The position numbers and the translations under genes were made by a program. From Guillardia theta CCMP2712 (Eukaryota > Protista > Cryptophyta): DNA of 64,000 nt. The stretch covers positions 136,969 to 200,968 of the forward strand of contig NW_005434665.1 of NCBI RefSeq assembly GCF_000315625.1. The letters are read 5' to 3'. The stretch's first letter is position 1. Every line of letters starts with the position of its first letter. Below, piece after piece: positions 53,560 to 64,000 of the stretch. A model generated the notes under the pieces. That model saw nothing but the letters and a program-made list of their open reading frames with translations, ran no database searches and had not been told where the DNA came from.

Positions 53560-55024
53560 ATGTCAGCTGAGAAAGCTTCGGAAGCAACCACCGTGTTCTA
53601 CATGGATCTCCATAAGAAGTACCTGGCATCGCTCAAGGACAAGAAGAACTCCTTCGAACATGCGGTGACAGAATATCTCCGTATGTCGGGTGTCTACTGG
53701 GGACTATGCAGCATGTACTTGATCTCGAGTGAAGACTTGCTGAACAAGGATGAAGTAGTCCAGTGGGTCCTCAGTTGTCAGCATCCTTCGGTAGGCCTTG
53801 TTGTGCATTTGCCGCCTTGTGGTCTAGTGCTGATAATGATCTTCTTTCCTTCAATGCACAGGGAGGATTCGGAGGCAGTGTTGACCACGATGCACATCTG
53901 TTATACACCTTAAGTGCAGTGCAAATTTTGTTGATCTTTGACAAAATCGAACTTGTTGACAAGGAGAAGGTACGGAATTCAATAAAACTTGTGCGCAAGC
54001 TTAATGGTCGAGCTGATTGTCATTGCAGATTGCAAACTACGTAGCAGGGTTACAGCAAGATGACGGATCGTTCTATGGTGACGAGTGGGGCGAGGTCGAC
54101 ACCAGGTTCTCGTACTGTGCGCTGAGCTGCCTGTCCCTGCTGGGTCTGCTGGACAAGATCGACGTCAACAAGGCAGTTGACTTCATTGTCTCCTGCATGA
54201 ACTTTGATGGGGGTTAGAGCGATTGCCCTTCAGATGATGCGCTGAACCATGGCGCAGGGTTTGGGTGCATCCCTGGAGCGGAGTCACATGGAGGGCAGAT
54301 CTTCTGCTGCGTCGCCGCTCTTGCCATTGCTGACTCGCTGCATCATGTCCGAGCTGACGATCTCTGCTGGTGGTTGTGCGAAAGGCAGACCGCAGGTGGA
54401 GGATTGAATGGACGGCCCGAGAAACTGCCCGACGTCTGCTATTCGTGAGTCGAACTGGCTGTCATCATTGTGAAAATACTCCTGTCTTACCGCGCCCCTC
54501 CTCTTTCTCTCCCTCCCTTCCGCATCTTCTTTTCTGTTCGTTTCGTTCCCTCTCAGAAATCCCGCACTCTCTTGTGTTCTCCTCTCATTCTCCTCTCGTG
54601 TTTGCATGCGTCAGAGTTGTCCGACAAGATGGTCACAAGTGCTCTAACTGTTTGATTAGGTGGTGGAACCTTTCTGCGCTTGTCATTCTTGGACGAATCG
54701 ATTGGATTGATCGTGAAAAGCTTCGCCAATTCATCTTGAATGCACAGGACGAGACAGAGGGAGGCATTGCCGACAGGTGACAAACCATCAAACGATGCAG
54801 GATATCAAAAAAGCTTCTTTTCTGACTTGTTCGTGTACCTGCACAGACCAGGCGACGTAGCCGATGTTTTTCATACCTTCTTTGGCATTTCTGGCTTGAG
54901 TCTGCTTGGCTACACTGAAGAGGATGAAGAAGGCATTCCAGGGTTACGGCGGATTGACCCAGTGTATGCGCTTCCTGTTCAGGTGCTAGAAAGAATGAAT
55001 GTTCGCGTCTGGCGAGCTGTATGA
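53560..55024 (+). CDS. RABGGTB: Rab geranylgeranyltransferase (type II) beta subunit, multi-exon
   Basis: [74 protein letters not shown]|WW and [15 protein letters not shown]. Confidence 0.95.
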
Positions 55025-55114
55025 GGATGATGAGGATGAGGATGAGACGAATGATCAAGTTAGATGGCGTCGGAGGAGAAATAGATTGAAAATTCATGAT
55101 AAAAGTCCTGATCC

Positions 55115-56546
55115 TTATTCCTTCCAGCGATTCCCGCAGTTGAGACACTGAACTTACAGAGTCAAGTCCGATGGTTTTGATCGCTCTTGCAATGCTTCTC
55201 ACCGTTACAAATGTCGTCATCGGCTCATCTGCACTTCTTGTCTGCATCTGATAGTATGTACACTTCCTCTTCTGGCACCTCCGACAAAGGAACAGGTCGG
55301 AGACCTGGATTGAAACAGTTAGGACACGGAATACAGGAAGCAAGATTGTTGACCGCATATTGATCTTCTGCTCCTCCAGCTGAATTTGACTTCATGTAGT
55401 ATGCTGCATATGTCTTCCGATACCTGGACAAGACAACATTTAGAACATAAAGTTACCCATCACAACAAGAGCATTACTCCTTGAGGTTGTCAGAGGCTAA
55501 CTCAGTGGGATCCATGAGGGTCAGCCTTTCAGGCTGAATGATTCCTTGTAAGATCTGCAACAAACTTACTGATCGAGCATCTTAACCTCCAACCGTACTC
55601 TTCTTCGTAGATCTGGATTCTTTGAATCTCTCAGGTTGAAGAGGATTGAACTAAGACATCGATATCAAGGAGCAGAAGGCGGCAATCAACAAAAGTACCG
55701 TGCTCTTCCCTTATATCTTGAATTGCTCTCATCCTTGCCGAAGAATCTATACCTGCAGATCTTGTTATCACTTGCTCGTGGGACAGTCGCTCACTGATAC
55801 ATGGAGTGTTCTATCGCAATAGCCGCATCGAGAGCACTGTACTTGTCCCCAGGCAGAACATGGGGCTGTAAGGCATCGCACAGCTTCTCACGTATCAGGT
55901 CTCGAACAGCATTTCGAGTTGGGTGACGATATTTCCTGATGGCATGCGCAGTCGAGGATCCAGTCAGGTCCGAGCCTGTTTTGCTCTCGTCCATTACGGA
56001 GCCGGTGCTGCCATCTTTGACGCCCTTCTCAACGCTCATCTCTGTGAACTCCATTGGCACAGAATCCTTACTTTCAGTAACGGACTGATCTCCTCTCTTC
56101 TCATCGGTGGGCTTCCCAGGTTTCTTGACTGCCTTCTCTTTTCTTGACTCCCCTGGCAGGGGCAGAGCCTTCAACTCGTCCATGGTGATCTCCTCAACAT
56201 TCTGTAGACTCGAAGTTCCCTGCATTTCGCTCGTTCCTCGGCCTTCTGATTCTTCAATGTTAACATGTTCCGGGTTATCAGACCCTCCTCGCAGCGACAG
56301 CATGGGGGCTGCGGTTATCATCCCATCCCCGTATAGCAGCCGCTGCCTCCCGGGGCCATGCAGCCTTCTGTGCTCGATCTTGTCGCACATCTTGTGATGA
56401 AGAATGCTAGCGATAGATCTATCTGATCTTTCACTGCCAGTTGTGAATCCCCACTCGACATACGCGCTGAGAAGGATCAAAATCCTCAGCAGCCTCGTCG
56501 CATCTCGGAATGGCTGATGGAAACTTGTGGAGAGCAGGCAGGGCAT
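55115..56546 (-). CDS. TFIIS: Transcription elongation factor TFIIS-like (central domain + C-terminal Zn ribbon) with an N-terminal signal-like presequence
   Basis: [33 protein letters not shown]|[10 protein letters not shown] and central [21 protein letters not shown]. An alternative upstream start is at 56663. Confidence 0.9.
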
Positions 56547-56737
56547 GGTCTCAGTGCCGTCTCCAACCCTTCTCCTCGATACCTCACACGCACGATGCTC
56601 TTCTGCTCTACTCTTCATCCTTCCTGGCCCTGCCTTTCCTCCTTCATCCATTGCATCCTCCATTACGCCGCTCCCCGCCCTGTGCCATGATCCACCCTTC
56701 CTTGAGGTAGAGCCCCCCCACTGCTGCCCTGTTTTCG

Positions 56738-56789
56738 GGGGTAATTGGGAGGTACGGGGGGTAATTAAGTTTACTCAACAGGGGTAATT
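56738..56789. promoter_or_regulatory. Triple GGGGTAATT motif in a divergent intergenic region
   Basis: Copies at 56738, 56758 and 56781. A reverse copy lies at 26969-26977 between divergent PUS7/METTL18. Confidence 0.45.
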
Positions 56790-57323
56790 GATCACCGTAG
56801 GGGTAGATGGCCAACATAGGAGAACGTTTTAAAAGTGTTATAAGATGATGTTGAGTAATCTTTGGTTGAAGAGGTGGAAATGCCCAGGAAGGGAAGCCAC
56901 TGCGAGGAATGGCGCTGCAGGGACGGCGGCGCGATGGCGCAATTGACGGTTGAAGAAGGAGAAGAAAGATGGAGATGGAGATGATTATGGGAAATAGGGC
57001 GAGGAGGAGGAGGAAGAGGGGAAGGAGGAGGAATCGAAGGAATCGACTGCTACTGCTCTGTGTAACTTTGTTTAATAGTTGTTATACTCTCATGGTGTTT
57101 GGTTGCCCTTCTCATCCTTTAGAATTTCTGTATTTGACAGAGTGTAAATCATGGCATTCGAACTTTTTTCATTGCCGAAAGCACGCTCTCGCATGTTCGT
57201 CAATAATTCTCGTGACTGGTTCTGTCTGATTTCTACTTCCAGAGACCTGCTCGCATGATTGTTATTTCTTGAGGGTTCTATTCGTTTGACTGATATTTTA
57301 TCTTGCAGAATTCCTTCCTTACC

Positions 57324-58249
57324 ATGAATTCTCAACCAAAAATCACTCTGTCCAGTGCAAACATGGTCAACCAGCCTTTCTCGAATCCGCAACGCGTCAA
57401 GAAGGTTCGATCTTCGCTCAGGAAGAGGGGATCGAGAGGAAAGGGAAAAGGCCGAAAAGAAAAGAATGCAGTGGAAGCTGTGGCAAACCAGCAGCAAGAC
57501 ACATCGCAGCCGGATGTGACCATGGAGATCCCCAAGCCAAAGCGGAGGCGCGAGAGGAAGAACCGTAAATGGAAGCCTTACTCCGCGATGACCTGGCAGG
57601 AGAAACTTGAGCAGGAGAAAAAAGAATCGATCAAGGCTGAGCAGATGGATAATCCCTTCGACGCACCGTCCAGTAGGAGAAAGAAGAGGAAGAAGAACAC
57701 CGAGATCAACATGCCCAGAGCTCCAAGAAACACCACACAGAGCTTGATACACGCAGATAGTACGGAATATGAAAGAGCAAGCTTGGATTTGGAACGAAGG
57801 GTTGTTATCCCATCGATGCAAGGAATTTTATCTAGGGAGACCCTCAAAAATGGGAGAAATTTCGATTCTCATGAAGATAGCTCAGATGATGACAGCGAAG
57901 TAGAGTATGCAACCTTGCTATCATGTTCATTAATGTTTGCTCCTCAGGGTGGAGTTCGAAGTCCTGGAAGTATTTCCTTGGGTTCTCCATACGATGGGAG
58001 CATAAAGTGGATGCTTGTTTTACATATGATTGGCTTATTCTGACTTGTACAATGCAGCGGTGATCAAGTCACTTTGCATTCTGAAGAGATCAAGAAGAGA
58101 GATAGGAAAGTCGATTTGTGACTCAAGGCAATGTGAACTTACTGCAAATTTTCTACAGGCGCATAAGTGAGCTCATAGCTGAAAATGAACAGCTCAGGAC
58201 TCGGATAGAAGAACTCGAAAGGAAAGCAAATGCAACGACAAATGCATGA
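57324..58249 (+). CDS. HEXIM-like protein, multi-exon
   Basis: Basic region, then KWKPYSAMTWQEKLEQEKKESIKAEQM, PRAPRNTTQSLI, acidic EDSSDDDSE and C-terminal coiled coil RISELIAENEQLRTRIEELE. The order matches HEXIM1. Confidence 0.75.
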
Positions 58250-58299
58250 TTCCAAATGTTCGGCTCAGCCTCAAAATAAAGTGAAGCAGACAAAGGAGG

Positions 58300-59480
58300 A
58301 ATCGCGTATCTAAACACTCTCTTAGTCTCATACTTGTGTGCCTATCATTCTGTTTCTCGTGGCTTCCCTCATGCCGAAAGCCCAATCAGGAATCGCGTAA
58401 ATCGTCTTTTCACGCAACTCGGAGTTTCAACCTCTTTCCCAGAGGTGGTATGTTGCCATTGACCGATATTGTCATGGCCTCATTGGGAGAAGTACGTCTG
58501 AAACTTCTCGAACAAGATCGTATCTCTTCGAAGAATGTCGCTGAAGACAAGGTCAGCTCGACAGGTAACAAAACACCCTTCACTACACCTCAAAGGCCCA
58601 AAGTTGCTTACGAATGCATCGCGACTGATCGATCGCAGCTCTGTCTTGCCAACAACTTTCATGCTGCAAGATCGTTTGCTGCCGGCCATGGCCAGCGCCT
58701 GCTCAGCAGTTACGACATGCCGCACAGGCCAAGTCTGCCTACATTCTGTCCGAAGTATTGACCGTGAAACAGGGGATTTCCAACAGAGATACCCGGCTTC
58801 TCGCCATCACCGCTCTCAACCACTTTCTGCACGGAGCCTCCCATGATGAGGAAGAAGTCATCAGCAACGTCACCCTGCACCATGATTACAACTTGCGCCA
58901 ACCACAACGGGACGACAAAGCAACCTGGCGGTACACATATTCCCCATCCCTCAAGGTAGAAGGCTTGAGAGATCTTGCAAGGATGGAGATTTCCTTGGGC
59001 ATGAGAGTAGAGAAGATGGTCACCCTGCTAAGATACTGCTCGATCTCTGCAATCTCGATGGCCTACAAGAGATACAAGTCAACAATCGCTTGAGAGCAAC
59101 TGGGCTCACTTTGTCCAGCTCATCAAATTGCCGAGGGGTGATCTCTTCAAGAACGTCCTTGTTTGCTGGGATGTTTTCTTCAGAGTGAATCAACTCTGAT
59201 AACTCCTTGCTGGTGTTACTGCTCAATTTCCTTGAGCTAGAGGCCCAGAAAGCGACACGATAAGAAAGCACGTGCCGGCAAACATTCAGAGTCACAATAT
59301 TCTGCAAACTACGCTCACCTGCCACAGCAACTTCCGCTCCACCATAGCATGTGCAACTTTGTCGACTTCTGGAAAAATCACGTTGTTGTCAGCTATTCCC
59401 AACACTTGAAGCGTCTCCTTAAGACCATCAACATTCAATTTCACACCCTTTCCTTGATCCGATTGTCTGAACGTGAGCAT
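58300..59480 (-). CDS. Cyclic nucleotide-binding domain protein, multi-exon; boundaries approximate
   Basis: VIMVQGDVADDFFLIMGGSV..LFHGQYFG..EQALAM..KRSCSMKVVGKTELRSISRDAF fits a cNMP-binding fold. Confidence 0.75.
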
Positions 59481-60132
59481 CGCACTGTGTTGTCAATGTT
59501 GACAAGGGATGGGGGTGATGAGGCAAAGATGAAGTGCAAAGCAAAAATTCTCGTCCTCTCTGCTCTCTGCTCTGCTTCTCGCTTCCTCTCCCTCTCCCTC
59601 GCCTTCTACCACCCGCCCCTGACTCATTTTGTTCCACTTTCGCTCCTCAGAAAAGTATTTTTGGTTTCTACCCATCGATATACATAAAGACAATTTATAC
59701 TAAGATTGTACCATAGATTTAAAATGAACATATTGAATGGAAGGTATACCAGCTGATAAATGTATATATTTTAATTTTCCGTAATCTTTTTTTGTACCCA
59801 TTATATTTTAGTAACTGAAGATTACATCCAGGTCTAAATCACTTTTACACTTCGAACTAGCTGTGATGGCATGGTGTATGCAAGGTAGAATGGACAAGGC
59901 GAAAATGAGGCGCGGGGGTGCGGATGGTACGATGAAGGTTAGAGGGAGGGAGAGGAGAGGAGGGAGAGGAGAGGAGGAAGAGAGGACAGAGGGGGGTAGC
60001 AGAAGCTGTGTAATGATGGTGAGTCCATGAGGAGAGCTTTCGTCAAGTGTTTGCAGTCATAACTGTTGTTGAGAATCACACAGTATCTCTATACCCAGAA
60101 TGTAGAAGCATCTCGATACCTGGAATGTAGAC

Positions 60133-60877
60133 ATGCGAAAGAACTTGGGTTCACACGGATTCCTCGCTGTACTCCTCCTCTGTTTCTTCGCTGTTGGCAT
60201 CGTACAGGCAGAGAAAGAGAACTCCGCTGCATCAAATTACGAAGAAAGCGGCGGAATAGATATACCAAAGCTCCCTGACGAAGGTGACACGTATGCTCTG
60301 AAGAGCAGCTAGCATGCTGATGGTTTGTGCACGGCAATCACAGCGGAGAGCACGTGGGTTCCAGACTTTGATGACCTCGATATGGATGCGGTCATGCAAG
60401 AAACCGAGAACTCGCCTGCGGAGTCAAAATTCCAAGACGTTGAGCCCATCCGAGAGCAACCGGCGCCGTCCTCCAACAGCAGCGAGATAGTGGCGCTATC
60501 CTCCAACAAGAGCAAGGCGATCCTAGAGGAGCTCAGCACTGCCGACCAGCAGATTGTGGAGATTCTTAGGGAAATGAGGGAGAGTGGACAGAACATGGAC
60601 ATGAAGGTGTGGAGGAAGCTGAAGAGGGAGGGAGTGAGGGTAGCCCACATGAAGGAAGCAGGGTTGTTCGCTTCCTTACAAGTGGAGTTGTTGCTGACAA
60701 GTGATCAGGTTGGCGAATGAGTTTGGTGTTCTGACCGACCCAACTCGATCCAAGGAGTCTGAAAAGATCGGGCGAACTTTCAAGGGGGTCGACGGGTCAC
60801 TCCTCCTTAAAGACTCTCTTGGAAGGTCTGATAATCTCTTCCATCAACCTTTGTCCTCTTCATCTCCTCCTTCTCAT

Positions 60878-60927
<50 letters not shown>

Positions 60928-62640
60928 CCACCACCATCACCACCACTTTTGTCCATGTCTATCACATTCCTTCCTCCCGCTCTCTTGATTTGCCCTGCTC
61001 AGATTCCCAGCATGGACGCGGCAAGGAGTTCATTCCTCACAGCGCATCGACACCAACCCTCTTGCACTCGTCACAGTCCGAGATGGAACCCTGGTGGATG
61101 CGCAGGGGGGGGAGAGGAAGGTGACCTTGTACAACCCGCTCTACGGCATGCCCAATGTCTCCTTCGACGTCGTGGTCCCGGAGGAAGTGATAGAGCGGCA
61201 CAGGAATGTTAGCAAGGTCTGTTCGCATGTTTGCATGCTAAAAGCTGACAGTTTCTTGTCAGTGCATTATGACGGCAGGTGGTATCATCTATCGAGATCG
61301 AGTCTTGGAGGAGTGAGGCACCTCTTTGCTCTCATGCCCTGTACTGACCTCCTCCTCCTCCTCCTCCTCCTCCTCCTCCTCCTCCTCCTTTTCTTGTTCC
61401 TCCTCCTCCTCCTCCTTTTCTTGTTCCTCCTCCTCCTCCTTTTCTTTTTCCTCCTTCTCCTCATTCTGTAGGTGGCCGGACAACGACTTCCGTCTCTTCA
61501 TCGGCGATCTTGGCCAGCATGCCACCGATCAATCTCTCACCAGCGTCCTCCGCGAGTGTGTCGACGTCTCCTCCTCCTCCACCACCACCACCACACTTAC
61601 TCCTCCTCCCCCCCCCTCTTCCATTCCTACTCCTCCTCCTTCTCATTTTCCTCCTTCTCCTTCTCCTTCTCCTTCTCCTCCACCTCCACCTCCACCTCCT
61701 CCTCTGACCAGTTTGCAGCTGGAAAGGTTTCAACATGGCGAGGGTTGTTGTCGACCGTACCACCGGGTGAAGGAGCTTCATCGTTCCTTCCTCCCGCTCA
61801 TCCCCTCCTCTCAGGCGCTGCAAGGGCTACGGCTTCGCCTCCTTCTCCTCCGCCGAGCATGGCGTCGCTCTGATCCGGTGAGGAGGAGGCGGAGGCTGCG
61901 GGGAGGCTGACAGGGTTGCAGGCACCAGTGGCGGAGTGAAGACAAGATTTGCCTCTCCGGGAGGCCGTTGGTGATCAAGAAGAGCACGTGGCAGAAGAAA
62001 ATCCTCAGGCCAGAGAAGATGCCGGAGGTGGGGATAGAGACTACCTCCTGCTCCTCTCCTGCCCCTCGTCCTCTCCTCCCCGTCCTCTCCTCCCCGTCCT
62101 CTCCTCTCAGTCGCTACTCCTCTCCTTTCCTTGTTCTCCTCTCCAACCCCTTTCTATTCTCCCATCCTCTTCTGCCTGTTCCCTTGTTCTCACCATGGAC
62201 CAGGTGGAACGTCTGCGCAAGTTCCGGCACCAACTCATGTCGGAGGGTTACCTTCCTCCTGAACCAGAGTCCTACAATAACAAGGCACGCGCTCCCTCCT
62301 CCCTCCTCCCTCCTCCCTCCTCCCTCCTCCCTCCTCCCTCCCCCCTCCCCCTCCCCCCTCTTCTCACCCCTACATCGTCCTTCCTCCTTGCCTCCCCACA
62401 ACTTCTCCCAACCTTCCTTCCATACGAATGTTCGTCTCGTTCCTGTCCTGCTCTGCCCTCCTAGCCTCCTCTTCTCACCGCTCCTGCTCCTGCTCCTCCC
62501 TTGTTCTGAACTCGCTGCAGCACATGAAGCGCGTCTACGACTCCATGGGGATCCAGAAGGACGAGCTGCAGTGGCAACTTGACCTCTTTGCTCGCAAGGG
62601 GCTCAAGTTCAAGCCCGACAAGAAGCTGCGGAGTACGTGA
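60133..62640 (+). CDS. RRM protein, RBM42-like, with an N-terminal signal peptide; multi-exon
   Basis: RWPDNDFRLFIGDLG (RNP2), FNMARVVVDRTTG and CKGYGFASF (RNP1). First exon MRKNLGSHGFLAVLLLCFFAVGIVQAEKE. Confidence 0.75.
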
Positions 62641-62745
62641 GGGAGAGAGCGAGTGCTGGAGGAGAGGTGCCACGTATGGTACCCAGGAGGAAGAAGAGGA
62701 AGAGGATAGGGGTGGAGTTGTAGGGAGAGGAGGAGGGAGGGAGGA

Positions 62746-62845
62746 NNNNNNNNNNNNNNNNNNNNNNNNNNNNNNNNNNNNNNNNNNNNNNNNNNNNNNN
62801 NNNNNNNNNNNNNNNNNNNNNNNNNNNNNNNNNNNNNNNNNNNNN
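62746..62845. other. Assembly gap (N run)
   Basis: Run of N. Confidence 1.
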
Positions 62846-62946
62846 TACCCCTACCCCTTACCCCTCCCTCCCCTCCCTCCCTCCCCTCCCCTCCCCTCCC
62901 TCCCCTCCCTCCCTCCCTCGACATTCTCGCTCCTCATCATCTCATC

Positions 62947-64000
62947 TCACCCCTTGATGGTCACCAGGCTCTCGCCCTTCTCCTCCTCCCCGGGCTTGGG
63001 CGGGTGGATCTGAACCTTGGCGTGAGACTTTCCTGTGATGATCTTGATGTTGACTCCTCCCTTGCCGATGATGGCCCCCACCCGCCCTGTCGGCACCTTG
63101 AGCTGGATCTCTCTCGTAGCCTTCTTGGGCCCCTTCCTCTCCACAGCCTCCGCCACCAGCCTGTCCCCCACGTACGCCCAGCGGTTCTCAATACGGTCGT
63201 TCTTTCCTTTCCCCTCCTCCGTCTTGGTCGTCTCCTGCGCCCCTGCCTTGCGCCGCATCTCCTCCTGCCTCGCGCGCTCCTTGTCGATCTCCTGCTGCCT
63301 CGCCGCTTCCTCCATCGCTCGCTGCTTCCGCTCCTGGTCCATGAAGTATCGCTCGCGCTCCGCAGGGTCCAAAGAGTTGAGCCAGTCCTCGTGCTCTTTC
63401 TTCTTGCGCTCGCGCTCCTTCTCCATCTCCTCCTGTGCTTTCTTCCTCTGCTCCAGCTCCTTCTTGATCCTCGCGTCGCGATCAGCGGCGCTCTCCACGG
63501 GCTTCGCTGGCTTGTCGGAGAGGAAGTCGTCGAGGTCATCCTCCTCCTCCTCTTCCTCGAACTGATCGACAAGTTAGATGCCTCACGCGCTCTTGCTTCA
63601 CGTCTCACCTCCTCCGCATGGCTTTGCTCCATGTACTGCTGCAGGTCATCCTCATCTGCCATCTCCCCCTGCACCCCAGCAGTGAGATGAGCTAAGAGGA
63701 CGAGAAGGAATGTCGCGACGAGAGGATCAAACCAAGCAAGAGCGAGAGAGGAGAGGGGGAGAGGGGAGGGAGAGAGGTGGTAGGGCCGAGTGAAAGGCAG
63801 TGCAAGATACCTCGAAGTCGTTGTCCTCCTCTACCTTGACGCCCTCCATCTTTGAGCTGAGCTCCTCCTCTGCGAGAACTTTACAACAATGGCGTGTTAA
63901 GTACTACACGCACCTTCATTCGGCGACGGCGAAGCTTTCTTGCCGGGAGTGGGAGGATGAGTGGGGTTAGGGGAGGCAGGAGGTTTCTTGGCAGCAGGGG
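62947..64000 (-). CDS. KH-domain RNA-binding protein with a coiled coil (partial, multi-exon)
   Basis: IQLKVPTGRVGAIIGKGGVNIKIITGKSHAKVQI..LVTIKG (GxxG loop), preceded by an E/R/K-rich helix. Confidence 0.8.

Overview
This is eukaryotic nuclear DNA: gene-dense, with many short (~45-60 nt) spliceosomal introns, microsatellite-filled long introns, periodic GC-rich intergenic islands and three N gaps. The style suggests a cryptophyte alga such as Guillardia theta, but that is an inference. Recognisable host genes are a BIRC6/UBE2O-type E2, a GT32 glycosyltransferase, an RWP-RK factor, PUS7, METTL18, an ankyrin protein, HCCS, acetylornithine deacetylase, a CAMK kinase, a TPR methyltransferase, a FAM227-like protein, FTHFS, RABGGTB, TFIIS, a HEXIM-like protein, a cNMP-binding protein, an RBM42-like RRM protein and a KH protein. 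The standout is a ~4.8 kb AT-richer insert (~15449-20226) that splits a GC island. It carries an intact ~820-aa transposase with the ordered RAG1/Transib core motifs and a LysM-like insertion, lying tail-to-tail (ProtoRAG-like layout) with a 423-aa partner ORF. The partner shows no kelch repeats but has a BAH-like segment. Other points of interest: a non-animal HEXIM-like gene with PRNT in place of PYNT, head-to-head with TFIIS; three information-processing proteins with apparent signal peptides (nucleomorph-import candidates); a duplicated virus-style discoidin module; and a dispersed TTACTCAAAGTTAAG element at GC-island edges. All domain calls are by-eye motif matches; no searches were run.
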